The position numbers were made by a program, and so were the translations under genes. A DNA stretch of 64,000 bases from Spirochaetota bacterium (lineage in GTDB: Bacteria > Spirochaetota > UBA12135 > COTS27 > CAXSBA01). This document shows positions 1-10,920 of this stretch, piece after piece (position 1 is the stretch's first letter; each line of letters opens with the position of its first letter). The notes under the pieces were generated by a model. It ran no database searches. It saw only the letters and a program-made list of their open reading frames with translations, and was not told the DNA's origin. The DNA lies in assembly GCA_965277105.1 (NCBI GenBank), contig OZ255710.1:1359042-1423041 (forward strand), written 5' to 3'.

Positions 1-1225
1 GCCCACCATCTCCTGTCTTAGGATGATAACTTTCACTATAAATTATTGGCAGAATATGCCTTAATCCTTGAAAGTAGGAAGTATCACCACTATGACTTGG
101 AGTAAGGGAAAAAACTCTAGTTTTCTCTTCTTCTTTATAATTCTTTTTTTTTTCTTCTTCTAGATCATAATAACCATCAGAACTTTTATTATATAAATCA
201 ACCCCTTTATAAGTGCGATCTAGTCCAGCGGTAATCATAGAAAAAGCTGTAGGGCCACACCATCCTTGCCATATAGTACGTCGTACGTTTGGATCTTTAA
301 AAGCGGTTACTTCATGATGACGATATGCCGCAGTCCTAGTACCAAAACCAACGTAAAAAAACTTACTACTGCCAGCCATTGCTTCTTCTAAGAATTCATC
401 GGTAGCATTAACATTAGTCAATATAGGTTCTATATTCGTTAAAATGGTGTAAAATTCTTCTGATTCTTTTTTCATTTCTTCTTGTTCAATGGCATGACTT
501 CTGTTGTACTCCCCTAAAAAATCACTAGTATCACCCATCTCATTCATTGCCTCTTGTTCTTCAGGGGTGAGCTTGTTATAGTATTCATCCATATTATCAA
601 AAAAATCTATTGGGTCTTGGCTCTCACCAGTTTCGGGGTCAATAGTAGCATTAACTGCATCACCTGATTTACTAAGCATCCCATATAAAACCACAGGATA
701 GCTGTTGTCTACCACTTCATAGCCAGTACCATTCCCAGCTTTAGCAGAGAAAGAGGCATAATTACGCACAAAAGGAAGAACGTTCCTCACACCGTCGGTT
801 ATTCCTTTTAAAAAAGCATAGGTAGTGATAGTTCCTAATGCCTCTCCTTTACCATTGATAACAATAAATTCATAATATTTAGGTTCAGAAGTTTCTGCAT
901 CATAAATAACTATAGGTCTCTCAGATAAATAGGTACCAAACCAATTTTGTTCTTCGCGAATAGTTGCTAAATGCATAACGGCTAAAGCCCTAGCTGTTTT
1001 CCAGTGTAAAAGTAAACTCGTAGAAGTTAGTGCATTCAAAGTAGATTTAGAAGCAAAAGGGATATCTCTATCTACTAAAGCTTGTGCATTTTTTAATTTA
1101 ATATCACTAGTAACGGAAGAAGAAGTAAGGACGACATTACTTTCTTCATCAAACAAAGAACAAGATGCAAATATTAAAATTAAAGAAAAATAAATAAAGG
1201 TTTTAAAACAAACAATTTTTTTCAT
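1..1225 (-). CDS. Lipoprotein, C-terminal part cut off by window edge (first 408 codons present); possible papain/C39-like cysteine-peptidase domain
   Basis: Absent from the ORF track because it runs off the window. Hand translation from ATG (1225-1223): MKKIVCFKTFIYFSLILIFASCSLFDEE..., a signal peptide plus lipobox (FAS|C). The frame stays open to base 2. The motif WQGWCGPTAFSMI weakly resembles the catalytic Cys region of C39-like peptidases. Confidence 0.6.
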   Translation of the reverse strand, partial: MKKIVCFKTFIYFSLILIFASCSLFDEESNVVLTSSSVTSDIKLKNAQALVDRDIPFASKSTLNALTSTSLLLHWKTARALAVMHLATIREEQNWFGTYLSERPIVIYDAETSEPKYYEFIVINGKGEALGTITTYAFLKGITDGVRNVLPFVRNYASFSAKAGNGTGYEVVDNSYPVVLYGMLSKSGDAVNATIDPETGESQDPIDFFDNMDEYYNKLTPEEQEAMNEMGDTSDFLGEYNRSHAIEQEEMKKESEEFYTILTNIEPILTNVNATDEFLEEAMAGSSKFFYVGFGTRTAAYRHHEVTAFKDPNVRRTIWQGWCGPTAFSMITAGLDRTYKGVDLYNKSSDGYYDLEEEKKKNYKEEEKTRVFSLTPSHSGDTSYFQGLRHILPIIYSESYHPKTGDGG

Positions 1226-1299
1226 AGGAATAATTCCTTTAACTATTTAGAGAAAAATATCATGATTCCTAAATTATGTCAAGTTTTTTTAAAAAAAAT

Positions 1300-2115
1300 C
1301 TAAAAACTTACCACTATAAGCACCACCCCCAACCCCAAGAGATAATAAGAAAACCAATGCAGATGATTATTAATAGTTAGGCGATAGAGAATTTTTAAAG
1401 CCACCCAACCACTAATAAAAGAAAAAAGAAAAGCAGTGAGAAGAGCTGGGTATTCCCCTTGGAGAGAAAAAAAAACTTCGTTATTTTTATAAATATTTTT
1501 TGCTTCTAATAAAAAAGCCCCTAAAAAAATAGGTAGCCCAATGAAAAAAGAAAAAATAAAAGCCGCTTCTCTTTTTATCCCTAAAAGAAGGGCAGTGACA
1601 ATCGTCATCCCTGATCTAGAAATTCCCGGCAGCAAGGCCAACGCCTGCATAAAACCAATCGCAAGTGATTTTCGTTTGCTCAAATTATCCAAAGTAAGAT
1701 AACCATTTTTTAAGAACTTACTCATAAACAAATACCCACCGGTAATCAAAAAACAAAAACCAAGAAAAAAAAAACTCTCTCCTAGAAATAAAAAAACCAA
1801 TTTTTCTTGAAAAATAAAACCTAAAATAATAGTAGGAATAACCGCTAGGATAATTTTTATTAAAAGCAAAAGATTTTCCCCAACTTTTTTGTAGGCTATT
1901 TCTTGGTACGCTTCTTTAAGTAATCTCTTTAAATCGTTTCGAAAAAAAATCACTACCGCAAAAAAAGTACCAAGATGAAAAACCACATTATAAAAGAAAG
2001 CATGATCGGTAAAATCTAATAGATTTTGGAGAAGTAAAATATGCCCCGAACTCGAAATGGGCAAAAACTCGCTTAATCCTTGAAAAAGAGCGAGTAGGAC
2101 AACTCTAAAATCCAT
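1300..2115 (-). CDS. uppP: Undecaprenyl-diphosphate phosphatase (BacA/UppP)
   Basis: 271-aa polytopic membrane ORF with the two family signatures GLSEFLPISSSGH and PGISRSG. Confidence 0.9.
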   Translation of the reverse strand: MDFRVVLLALFQGLSEFLPISSSGHILLLQNLLDFTDHAFFYNVVFHLGTFFAVVIFFRNDLKRLLKEAYQEIAYKKVGENLLLLIKIILAVIPTIILGFIFQEKLVFLFLGESFFFLGFCFLITGGYLFMSKFLKNGYLTLDNLSKRKSLAIGFMQALALLPGISRSGMTIVTALLLGIKREAAFIFSFFIGLPIFLGAFLLEAKNIYKNNEVFFSLQGEYPALLTAFLFSFISGWVALKILYRLTINNHLHWFSYYLLGLGVVLIVVSF

Positions 2116-2121
2116 AAAAAA

Positions 2122-3402
2122 TTACAATTTTCGATGGATAATCATATGCTCGCGATCGGGGCCAGTAGAAATATAACTTATAGGGCAATCCAAATATTTT
2201 TCTAAAAAAAAGATAATTTTCTTAGCATTGTCCGGGAGCTTTTCTAACTTATTAATCCCATAAATTTTTCCGGACCAAGTAGGGAAAGTTTTATACACTG
2301 GTTTGATTTTTTTTAGCACCTCATTATGGGTGGGGAAAGTATCTAGTTTTTTCCCTTTATACAAATAATGGGTAGCTATTTTTATTTCATCATAGTGGTC
2401 AAAAATATCTAACTTGGTTAAGGCTATTTCACTAATGCCATTCACCATAATGGAGTATTTCGCTTGCACTCCGTCAAACCAACCACACTCTCGAGCTCTC
2501 CCAGTAGTAGCCCCAAACTCTTCACCTAGGGTTCGCATTTTTTCTAATTCTCGCTTATTGAGTTTAGTAGGCAAAACCCCCAGTCCTACCCGAGTTACAT
2601 ACGCCTTAAAAATCCCCACCACTTTTTTAATGGCAGTAGGCGGTACTCCCGTTCCGGCGCTAACTCCACCACTAATCGTAGAAGAGCTTGTAACGTAGGG
2701 GTAAGTTCCAAAATCAATATCTAATCCTAAACCTTGTGCTCCTTCGAAAAGAATTTTTTTATGAGAAAATTTATGCAGTAAATAAGCAGTGTTAACGATA
2801 TTTTTTTTAAGTTTTTTAAAATAAAAAAAATTTTTTTTAATAATTTTCTCGATATTTTCTGAGGTGTAATTTTTAGGGTTTAACCAGTTTTTATTATATT
2901 CAATAGCTAAATTAATTTTCTTTTCTAAGAGTTTAGGGAATTCAAAGTCTTGCATCCTGATACCAATACGAGCAATTTTATCCCGATAAGCCGGGCCTAT
3001 GCCTTTTACTGTTGTCCCGATTTTGTTATGGTTTTTTTCTTCTATAGCTCGGTCAATTTCTAGATGATAATCAAAGACCAAAAAAGCATTATGACTAATA
3101 TAAATTTCATTACTAATACCTTTTTCTTGCTTAATTTTATCGATTTCTTCCCATATTTTCTCTAAGTTTATCACCATTCCCGCCCCTAAGACGCAAATGG
3201 TTTTTGGGTTAAAAACCCCCGATGGCAAATGATGAAGAATGAATTTTTTATTGTTAAAATAAATGGTATGTCCTGCGTTAGCTCCCCCTTGATAACGCAC
3301 AACCACTTGATAATTCTCTGATAAAAAATCAATAACTTTAGCCTTCCCCTCATCTCCCCACTGCCCGCCTAAAGCCACATCAGCTACTTTAAAATATTTC
3401 AT
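2122..3402 (-). CDS. purA: Adenylosuccinate synthetase
   Basis: 426 aa; motifs GDEGKAKVID, GGANAGHT and GTTVKGIGPAY are diagnostic. Confidence 0.95.
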   Translation of the reverse strand: MKYFKVADVALGGQWGDEGKAKVIDFLSENYQVVVRYQGGANAGHTIYFNNKKFILHHLPSGVFNPKTICVLGAGMVINLEKIWEEIDKIKQEKGISNEIYISHNAFLVFDYHLEIDRAIEEKNHNKIGTTVKGIGPAYRDKIARIGIRMQDFEFPKLLEKKINLAIEYNKNWLNPKNYTSENIEKIIKKNFFYFKKLKKNIVNTAYLLHKFSHKKILFEGAQGLGLDIDFGTYPYVTSSSTISGGVSAGTGVPPTAIKKVVGIFKAYVTRVGLGVLPTKLNKRELEKMRTLGEEFGATTGRARECGWFDGVQAKYSIMVNGISEIALTKLDIFDHYDEIKIATHYLYKGKKLDTFPTHNEVLKKIKPVYKTFPTWSGKIYGINKLEKLPDNAKKIIFFLEKYLDCPISYISTGPDREHMIIHRKL

Positions 3403-3561
3403 AAAGAAATTTTACTATAAAGGAGCATGCAACCGTTTTTCAAAAAAATAAAATATTTTTTTGAAATGTATTATATAATAATTATGTTCTTAATCTAAAT
3501 CAAAAATGATTAAATTATTTAAATAATAAACACACTAAAAGAGGTTTTTATAAAAATAAAA

Positions 3562-4980
3562 ATGGCAGAAAAAATAGATAATTTTGAAGATATTAATAAA
3601 GCAATAAAAGAAAACAATATTCAATTTATTGATTTTCTATTTGGGGATATGTTTGGGTTGCTCCATCATTTCACTTCTCCAGTTTCCTTTATTACTCAAG
3701 AAAGTTTTGAAGAAGGTGTTCCCTTCGATGGTTCTTCCATTAGGGCTTGGCAGAGTATTGATAAATCTGACATGCTTTTAAAGCCGGATATGTCGGCTTA
3801 CTTTATAGATCCTTTTAGAGAAAGAAAAACCATGTGTTTTTTTAGCGATATTTATGATCCTAGAACTGGGTTACGCTATGAAAAAGATCCTCGCTCTATT
3901 TTACAAAACGCCATTGATTACCTAAAATCTACAGGAATTGGAGATGAGGTTTTTTTTGGACCAGAACCAGAATTTTTCGTTTTTGACTCGGTTCGATATA
4001 CCTCGCAAAAAAACATTGCTTTTTATCAATTAGAAAGCAACGAAGCACCTTGGACTTCTGACTATGAGGATTCTCTTGGTCATAAAATCTCTCATAAGGG
4101 AGGATATTTCCCGGTTAGTCCAGCTGATTCACTAACTGACTTTAGAAATGAAGTAGTGAGCCATCTAGAAGGAATGGGAGTGACTTCCGAAGTTCATCAT
4201 CACGAAGTAGCCACTGCTGGACAGTGCGAAATAGGATTTAAATTTGCTGATGCTCTCTCTTCAGCAGATAATGTTAATAGATTAAAATATGCGGTTAAAA
4301 ACACTGCTTTAAATTACAACAAAACTGCGACTTTTATGCCGAAACCAATATTTGAAGATAATGGAAGTGGGATGCATGTTCACTTTTCTATTTGGAAAGA
4401 TGGCAATAATCTCTTTGCTGGTAATGAGTATAGTATGCTCAGCAAAACAGCGATTTACGCTATTGGAGGTATATTAAAACACGGAAGGTCCATTCAGGCT
4501 TTTACTAATCCTACTGCTAATTCGTTTAAAAGGCTAATCCCCGGTTATGAAGCACCAGTAAAATTAGCGTACTCAGCAACTAATCGATCAGCCGCAGTTA
4601 GAATACCTTATACCTCAAGTGACAATAGCCGAAGGATTGAATTTCGTTGTCCAGATTCTTCTGGGTCTTCCTACTTAGCGTTTGCAGCCATTATCATGGC
4701 AGCTGCTGATGGGATTAAAAATCAGATTGATCCTGGAGCTCCTATGGATAAAAATATTTATGACTTGCCCCCTGAAGAATTAGAAAATTTAGTTTCTACT
4801 TGTAGGGATCAAGAAGAATCAATCTCTGAGCTAGAAAATGATTTTAATTGGTTAAAAAATGGTGATGTTTTTAGTGATGCTATGCTTAAGTCTTATATTG
4901 ATTATAGAAAAGAATCAGAGATTTTACCATTAAAACTCAGGCCCAACCCACACGAGTTTGAGCTCTATTACAATATATAA
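3562..4980 (+). CDS. glnA: Glutamine synthetase type I
   Basis: 472 aa; motifs FDGSSI, NGSGMHVHFS and NRSAAVRIP, plus an NIYDLPPEE block containing the adenylylation-type Tyr. Confidence 0.95.
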   Translation: MAEKIDNFEDINKAIKENNIQFIDFLFGDMFGLLHHFTSPVSFITQESFEEGVPFDGSSIRAWQSIDKSDMLLKPDMSAYFIDPFRERKTMCFFSDIYDPRTGLRYEKDPRSILQNAIDYLKSTGIGDEVFFGPEPEFFVFDSVRYTSQKNIAFYQLESNEAPWTSDYEDSLGHKISHKGGYFPVSPADSLTDFRNEVVSHLEGMGVTSEVHHHEVATAGQCEIGFKFADALSSADNVNRLKYAVKNTALNYNKTATFMPKPIFEDNGSGMHVHFSIWKDGNNLFAGNEYSMLSKTAIYAIGGILKHGRSIQAFTNPTANSFKRLIPGYEAPVKLAYSATNRSAAVRIPYTSSDNSRRIEFRCPDSSGSSYLAFAAIIMAAADGIKNQIDPGAPMDKNIYDLPPEELENLVSTCRDQEESISELENDFNWLKNGDVFSDAMLKSYIDYRKESEILPLKLRPNPHEFELYYNI

Positions 4981-5020
4981 TCAAAAAATTTAACGATTTA
5001 AATAAAAGCGCGTTTATTTT

Positions 5021-5065
5021 CCCCCTCTCTGATTTCTCTCCTTTATCTAGAGAGGGGGTTTTTTT
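5021..5065 (+). terminator. Rho-independent terminator after glnA
   Basis: CCCCCTCTCT (5021-5030) pairs with AGAGAGGGGG (5049-5058) and is followed by T7 (5059-5065). It lies between the convergent genes glnA and lpxD. Confidence 0.7.
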
Positions 5066-5089
5066 ATCTTTTTCTACTTTTTTATATTT

Positions 5090-6085
5090 CTACTTATTTT
5101 TGTTGTTGTAAAGTTTTTCTAAGAATAGGTCCATCCTGAGCCTTTTGTAAATATCCATCCCAGGACTACCTAAAATTTTTTCTCCCTCTCGAACAACTTT
5201 ATGAGCTGGTATCCCACTCTGGGGTCCAATCATAGCGTTTTTTTCGATAACAACATGATCGCTAATCCCAACCTGCCCAGCTAAAATTACCCCTTCTTGA
5301 ATTGTCGAGCTTCCGGCAATCCCAGTTTGAGAAACGATAATAGAATTTTTACCAACCATAACGTTATGAGCAATTTGAACTAGATTATCAATTTTCACAT
5401 TATCTTCAATAATCGTTGCATTAATCGTTGCTCGATCGATAGCAACGTTACTGCCGATTTCCACGTTTTTTCCAATAATCACATTTCCTATTTGAGGGAT
5501 TTTAATGATTCCTTTAGCAGTTTTTTCAAAGCCAAAACCACAACCACCAACAACTGAGTTATCATAAATAGTAGTATTATCCCCGATTACTGTCCCATCT
5601 TTTATAATAACTCCAGCATGAATCGTCACATTATTGCCTAAAACCACCCTATGCCCAATTTGGTTATGGCCTTTTAATACACACCCGGCTCCAATCTGCA
5701 CTTCCTCTCCTAAGGAAACAAAAGGCCCAAAACGAAGATCGTTGGCTAAATGAGGATTTTTTTCTACTCTTGCTGAAGTAAGTGCTTGGGGGAAGTTATT
5801 GGCAAACTTTTTATAGGGATCAAAAAAATTAAGTATAGTAATAAAATCAAGAAGAAAATTTTCCGAAAAAAAAAAGCATTTTTCAGGATCTATTTTTATT
5901 TTATCTTTTAAAGAAATATCGCAAAAAAAGCAGTTTCCTTTTTCAATAATTTCTAATTTTTTCTTATCTTTAACGAATAAAAGAGTATTTTTTTCCGGAT
6001 AACGAAAATCATTAACTTTAGTAATTTCTAAATTCTTTCCTAAATAATCTAGTTGTAATAGTTTTTTTAACTTATTAGAATCCAT
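5090..6085 (-). CDS. lpxD: UDP-3-O-acylglucosamine N-acyltransferase
   Basis: 331 aa with long hexapeptide-repeat (left-handed beta-helix) region, in the canonical position downstream of bamA-skp. Confidence 0.85.
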   Translation of the reverse strand: MDSNKLKKLLQLDYLGKNLEITKVNDFRYPEKNTLLFVKDKKKLEIIEKGNCFFCDISLKDKIKIDPEKCFFFSENFLLDFITILNFFDPYKKFANNFPQALTSARVEKNPHLANDLRFGPFVSLGEEVQIGAGCVLKGHNQIGHRVVLGNNVTIHAGVIIKDGTVIGDNTTIYDNSVVGGCGFGFEKTAKGIIKIPQIGNVIIGKNVEIGSNVAIDRATINATIIEDNVKIDNLVQIAHNVMVGKNSIIVSQTGIAGSSTIQEGVILAGQVGISDHVVIEKNAMIGPQSGIPAHKVVREGEKILGSPGMDIYKRLRMDLFLEKLYNNKNK

Positions 6086-6101
6086 AAAAAATTTCCACTT
6101 A

Positions 6102-6617
6102 TTAATTTTCTAATTTCTCGATAACCAAAGGAGTGATGTTCGCATCTTCATTAGCATAAATAACTCCCTGATCCCTTTCTAGCACAATGGAATACCCGTT
6201 TTTAACCGCTACTTCTTGAATGGTACGGTAAATGCCCCTTACTATTTCTGGGGTTAATCGCTCACTTTCTAAAACATCTAATGAGTCCTCATCAAGATTA
6301 CCTTCCAGTAGCTCATTTAATTTTCTTTTTTCAAAATCGATTTGTGCTTCTAAATCTTTTTTTTCGTCTTCAAATATTCCTTCTGCAATGGCCTGTTCTT
6401 CAAGGAAAAAGATATTTTCCCTAATTTTTTTTATTTCTTCGGTAACGTCTTTTTCTACACCTAAAAGTTTGCTTTTAACAGTGATATTATCTCCCACAAA
6501 ACTGATAATTTTTTTTAAATCCAACCATCCTACTTGAATGATTTTCAACTTAGAGCGCTGTCCCCAAAGCTCCGAAAAGAACACTAAAAAAAGCATAATA
6601 ATAATAATTTTTTTCAT
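6102..6617 (-). CDS. skp: OmpH/Skp-family periplasmic chaperone
   Basis: 171 aa; signal peptide followed by a charged coiled-coil; bamA-skp-lpxD synteny. Confidence 0.75.
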   Translation of the reverse strand: MKKIIIIMLFLVFFSELWGQRSKLKIIQVGWLDLKKIISFVGDNITVKSKLLGVEKDVTEEIKKIRENIFFLEEQAIAEGIFEDEKKDLEAQIDFEKRKLNELLEGNLDEDSLDVLESERLTPEIVRGIYRTIQEVAVKNGYSIVLERDQGVIYANEDANITPLVIEKLEN

Positions 6618-6648
6618 ATTTTTATCCTCACTTTAAATATTAATTTTA

Positions 6649-9177
6649 TTAGAAAAAGGTTTGAATGTCAAAACTAAAATCGGGGCGATAATTAACATTA
6701 TCCCTATACCTAGTTTGATTAAAAGCTCTAAAAGTATTACTATTTTGATCATAAATAAATTTCCAGCTAAAATAAAACCTTATTGGTAATTGAGGAATAT
6801 TTAACCGAATCCCAAAACCTGTACTATACATATAGTTCTTCCAGTTAAAAATAAAGTCCCAAGTAGAAAAATCACTGAAACTTAATTGTTTATTGGAAAT
6901 CGCCGCCATGTCTAAAAAGAAAACTATTTGGATTAGATCGACAAAAATATTTTGCCGAATTTCAAAATTCTGACTAAAAGTTGCTTGACCTAAAGGATAA
7001 TCGTTATCAGTGAATAACGCTCCACTACCATAGCGTTGTTTTCTAAAATCTCGAATGTCATCTACTTCCCAGCCTGTAATATCACGCTCTGTTATAGCTA
7101 AATAATTAATCTCATCATAAACAAACTCACCTGAAAGGGACTTGCCTAATGTTCTTAAATTATTTTTATAAACGAAAACTAATTTCATCCTAAAATCCTC
7201 TAATCCACTAAAATTCCAAGCAATGGACCGATAAACTCCAAAGTTGAAATTCCAATTAGTTAAAGAAAAATCTCCGAAATAAAAGGTGGGATTTAAACTA
7301 ATAATTTCTCCATCCGTGGGATTAATGATGCTATTGCGATTATCCCTTTGCAGTAGTAAGCTAAAAGTATAATAAAGCCTAGTGTTATGCGGAGGAGCTT
7401 CGTCAAATAATGACTTGTTAGCTTCATAAAGTTCTAGCTGGGTATATTTCTCGGGCCAAACAGTGAAGTCTTGCAAATAGCTTTTAACGTAGTTAATTGA
7501 AAGAGTCTCTCGTATTTGTATCCAACTTAAAAACCTCTGAGCTGAAGTTATCGAAGCAGAAACAATATCACGAGTATATTGAATGCTATCGCTCTCATTA
7601 TTAACCACCCCTCTACTCCCTCCATCAGGAGAAACTACTTTCCCACTGTTGTCTTCGGTGTTAAAATCTCGGTAATATTTCCCAATAGAAAAAGATCCCC
7701 CCAAAGCTACCGGGTAATCCAAAAACCAAGGATCTTCAAAGGAAATTTTAAAATCTTTTACATTAACTCCTACACTAGTTTTGACCCCAAAACTATAACC
7801 ATAACCAAGAAAATTATTATCTTTCAATTCGCCAATCAAAGAAAATCCTGAGTTAAACCCATAACCAAATCCTGCAGAAAAAACTGTAGTTCTTTTTTCT
7901 TGAAAACTTAGATAAATATCCATAAGTCCTTCGGTAGATCCTATTCGATAATTAGGACTAACTAAAGAAAAATAATCCAACCGACTTAAATTTCTTAGAC
8001 TACCATTAATTTTGCTAAGGTTAAAAGTTTCTCCTACACTAAATAGCAACTCCCGCTCTACTACATTTTTTTTTGTTTTTCCCAATCCTTCAATATAAAT
8101 ATTTTCAATATGTCCTATTTGTCCTTCGTAAATGTCAATTAAATAATTAACCTGTTTATTTTCTTCATCAACGCTATCTAAAGGGGTAATTCGGGAGAAA
8201 ATATAGCCATTATTTCTATATTTAAAATAAATGGACTGAATGTCTTGTAAATGAGTAATTTCGTTATAAATCTCTCCTTTTTCTCTTTTAAAATCAGCTA
8301 TTAATTCGTCATCTGAAAAAATATTATTGCCCCTTAAACGAACATCTCCAAAAAAGTATTTTTCCCCGGGAAGAATATCCACATCAATCGTAACGAACTT
8401 TTCATCTTTTTTTTTGGTCTTACGCCACTCATAACTAATAGCAATATCCATTATTTGCGCTCGATAATAACCAAAGCTTTTCAATCTAAGGATTATTTTT
8501 TGGCGATCCTGCATTAGCTGATTATAATTAAAATACCCTCGACGATGCCAGCGGTGCTCCTTCAAGTCAATAAATCTTTTTATCTGCTTTATTTCTTTTT
8601 TTGAGATGTTAAAAAAATTAATTTCTTTAACTAGGTAACGACTCCCTTCATCAATGATAAAATAAACATCAAAGGCATTGGCCTCGGCAACAACGGTTTC
8701 AACCTCGACTTGCACATCTAAAAATCCTGCTTGTAGATAAGTTTCAATTACTCTTAATCGTCCTTGATTAATGTCGTTTTGATTATAGTATTTTACTTCG
8801 GTGATGGGATTATCTTCTTTTATTTTAGAGCTTCTTAAATGATCATTGCCAACAAAAATCAATTTATTTATCGTAATTCTTTCCTTTACCGTAAGAAAAA
8901 CAACAATCTCACTCTCACTTACTTCCTCAATGCTAAGACTAATATCTTCAAAAAACCTTGAGGCATTAATCCTTTTGATGACATTTCTAATTTGTTGATT
9001 ACTAATAGCATCACCTACACTAAACCCTATGTTTTTAAGGATAAGTTTTTCATTAATGGTCTGATTCCCCTCAATGATAATGTCACTTACTATTTTGTTG
9101 TCATAGTTTAGTTGAGAAAATAGCAAAAAAGTATTCGCTAAAAGCAAAAAAAAGAACTTAGTAACGTTGAATTTCAA
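6649..9177 (-). CDS. bamA: Outer membrane protein assembly factor BamA
   Basis: 842 aa; signal peptide, POTRA-like repeats, C-terminal beta-barrel ending in aromatic ...DIQTFF. The start codon is TTG. Confidence 0.9.
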   Translation of the reverse strand: MKFNVTKFFFLLLANTFLLFSQLNYDNKIVSDIIIEGNQTINEKLILKNIGFSVGDAISNQQIRNVIKRINASRFFEDISLSIEEVSESEIVVFLTVKERITINKLIFVGNDHLRSSKIKEDNPITEVKYYNQNDINQGRLRVIETYLQAGFLDVQVEVETVVAEANAFDVYFIIDEGSRYLVKEINFFNISKKEIKQIKRFIDLKEHRWHRRGYFNYNQLMQDRQKIILRLKSFGYYRAQIMDIAISYEWRKTKKKDEKFVTIDVDILPGEKYFFGDVRLRGNNIFSDDELIADFKREKGEIYNEITHLQDIQSIYFKYRNNGYIFSRITPLDSVDEENKQVNYLIDIYEGQIGHIENIYIEGLGKTKKNVVERELLFSVGETFNLSKINGSLRNLSRLDYFSLVSPNYRIGSTEGLMDIYLSFQEKRTTVFSAGFGYGFNSGFSLIGELKDNNFLGYGYSFGVKTSVGVNVKDFKISFEDPWFLDYPVALGGSFSIGKYYRDFNTEDNSGKVVSPDGGSRGVVNNESDSIQYTRDIVSASITSAQRFLSWIQIRETLSINYVKSYLQDFTVWPEKYTQLELYEANKSLFDEAPPHNTRLYYTFSLLLQRDNRNSIINPTDGEIISLNPTFYFGDFSLTNWNFNFGVYRSIAWNFSGLEDFRMKLVFVYKNNLRTLGKSLSGEFVYDEINYLAITERDITGWEVDDIRDFRKQRYGSGALFTDNDYPLGQATFSQNFEIRQNIFVDLIQIVFFLDMAAISNKQLSFSDFSTWDFIFNWKNYMYSTGFGIRLNIPQLPIRFYFSWKFIYDQNSNTFRAFNQTRYRDNVNYRPDFSFDIQTFF

Positions 9178-9244
9178 TGAAATATTAATAAATTTAGGAC
9201 AAAATAAACTTTTATAATATTAATTATAGTATGGAAATAGTCGT

Positions 9245-9268
9245 AAAAAATCTAGGTTTTTTAAACCT
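9245..9268 (-). terminator. Weak hairpin plus T-run just after the nnr stop
   Basis: On the minus strand AGGTTT/AAACCT (9254-9268) is followed by AGATTTTTT. It sits 10 nt after the nnr stop codon. Confidence 0.3.
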
Positions 9269-9278
9269 GTTAGATAAA

Positions 9279-10847
9279 TTATTTTTCTTTATTGAGGAAA
9301 TAATTAAGGGATAGGGGGATAACATTAACCAACTCTTCAGCGCTGTAAAAACCTAGTTTTTTATGAGCAATTTTTCCACTTAGTGAATGGATTAAAACCG
9401 CTAAAGCCAAATAATCAAGCACTATTTCGTCAGAAAAAACACTAAGCTGATAAGTGATAATGCTGCTTATTATACCCCCAAGAATATCCCCACTTCCGGC
9501 CACTCCTAAACTAGGGTTAGGGTAATGAATGGTAGCTATTTTGCCCTGCGGGGTAAAGATATAAGTTGTCGATAATTTCAAGATGATAAATACTCCCCAT
9601 TTTTTACTAAGCTCTTTACCAAAAAAGTAGGGGTTTTTTTTAATAGTAGACGTAGCCTTTCCTAGTAGCATGGCCATTTCTCCTAAATGAGGTGTTAAAA
9701 TAATTGGTAGTTTCGTTGCTATTTGAGAAAAAAAAGATTGATAATGCTTAAACCAAATTAAACCATCAGCATCAAAAACTAAACTTTTTAAACAATTAAG
9801 CGCATCATAATTTTTTTTATTAACTAAACGAGAAAAGAAAAAATTAATCTCTTCATCTTTTAAATTCCTTCCTAACCCCGGCCCAATTAAAAGGGTTTGT
9901 TGTTTAGCAAAGTTAAAATCAAATAATTTAACTTTCTCTAGGATAAAATTATTATTCTTTTTTGTCTGCAAGGGATAATCTTTTTCCCGCACAATAAGCG
10001 AAACCAAGCCAGCACCTGCTTTAAAACTAGCTAGCCCGGCTAAATTAGGAGCCCCGAGATATTTTCTTGAACCACCTAAAATTAAAACCGAACCTCGACT
10101 ATTTTTAAAATCATTCTTCTGCAATTTTTTAACATTAAAAAAATGATTATAAGAAAAAAACTTATGCTGAAGTTTTTTCATTAGCCAAGCAGGAAAACCT
10201 GGATTAAGAGAATAAATCTTTCCTACTTTAGCACTATACTCAGGATAAAAAAACAAATCTTTGTAAGGCCCAAAAGTGATGGTTAAATCTGCTCCTACAA
10301 TTTTTTGCGGAGAACACCCATAGCCCAACCCACTAGGAAGATCAAGGGCCACGACTTGTAAGTGTTTGTACTTTTTTTTTAGACGATTAATCCAATTAAT
10401 AATAGTAGTAATTTTTTTATCATTAGTTTTTCGAAAACCAACCCCAAAAAGACCATCTACTATCACAGTCTGCGGAGTGATGAGTTTTGTTATGGCTAAG
10501 TTATCCACGGGGAAGGAAAAAAAGTTGCCTTTAAGTTTTTTGACAATAGCAAGGTTCATTTGATTAGCCGAAGTTTTACTTTCTTTTAAAAGCACGAGAT
10601 AAACCTTAGTATGATTTTCTAAAAGCGCTTGCCGGGCAATGACCAAACCATCTCCTCCATTATTCCCCGGGCCAATAAAAAAAACTAGTGGGTGAGAAAA
10701 TAAACTTTGTATTTTCTTTTTTAAAAGAAGCCAGGCTTTTAGCCCAGCATCTTCCATTAAAATATTTTCTGGAATTTTTAAATGAGCTTGAGTTGCTTTA
10801 TCCAAAGACGCCATCTCTTCGCTAGTAACAACATAGTGAGATGGCAT
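9279..10847 (-). CDS. nnr: Bifunctional NAD(P)H-hydrate repair enzyme (epimerase / ADP-dependent dehydratase)
   Basis: 522 aa; YjeF_N motif GPGNNGGDG and C-terminal kinase-like domain with GSGDILGG. Confidence 0.85.
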   Translation of the reverse strand: MPSHYVVTSEEMASLDKATQAHLKIPENILMEDAGLKAWLLLKKKIQSLFSHPLVFFIGPGNNGGDGLVIARQALLENHTKVYLVLLKESKTSANQMNLAIVKKLKGNFFSFPVDNLAITKLITPQTVIVDGLFGVGFRKTNDKKITTIINWINRLKKKYKHLQVVALDLPSGLGYGCSPQKIVGADLTITFGPYKDLFFYPEYSAKVGKIYSLNPGFPAWLMKKLQHKFFSYNHFFNVKKLQKNDFKNSRGSVLILGGSRKYLGAPNLAGLASFKAGAGLVSLIVREKDYPLQTKKNNNFILEKVKLFDFNFAKQQTLLIGPGLGRNLKDEEINFFFSRLVNKKNYDALNCLKSLVFDADGLIWFKHYQSFFSQIATKLPIILTPHLGEMAMLLGKATSTIKKNPYFFGKELSKKWGVFIILKLSTTYIFTPQGKIATIHYPNPSLGVAGSGDILGGIISSIITYQLSVFSDEIVLDYLALAVLIHSLSGKIAHKKLGFYSAEELVNVIPLSLNYFLNKEK

Positions 10848-10920
10848 TAAAAAATAAAAATATTATTAAAAATCAAAGTATTCTAAAGTAAAGGAATAAA
10901 TTGATTTTTTAAAAAAAAAA

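Noticed and set aside
2414-2698. Track ORFs lying antisense inside large well-supported genes. Examples: 2414..2698, 6232..6537, 7579..7851, 10366..10563, 11236..11860, 15031..15279, 20045..20414, 27225..27782, 28796..29179, 31197..31620, 31996..32286, 33511..33720, 34247..34484, 38836..39027, 40051..40278, 47775..48642, 49164..49412, 51364..51649, 52200..52767, 54022..54321, 55965..56819, 58244..58927, 59043..59600, 60582..60803, 61629..61874, 63494..63742.
   Set aside because: Every one is fully embedded opposite or out of frame to a gene with strong family signatures. Their compositions (S/P/L/F/K-rich) are typical of shadow ORFs, and none has a recognisable motif.
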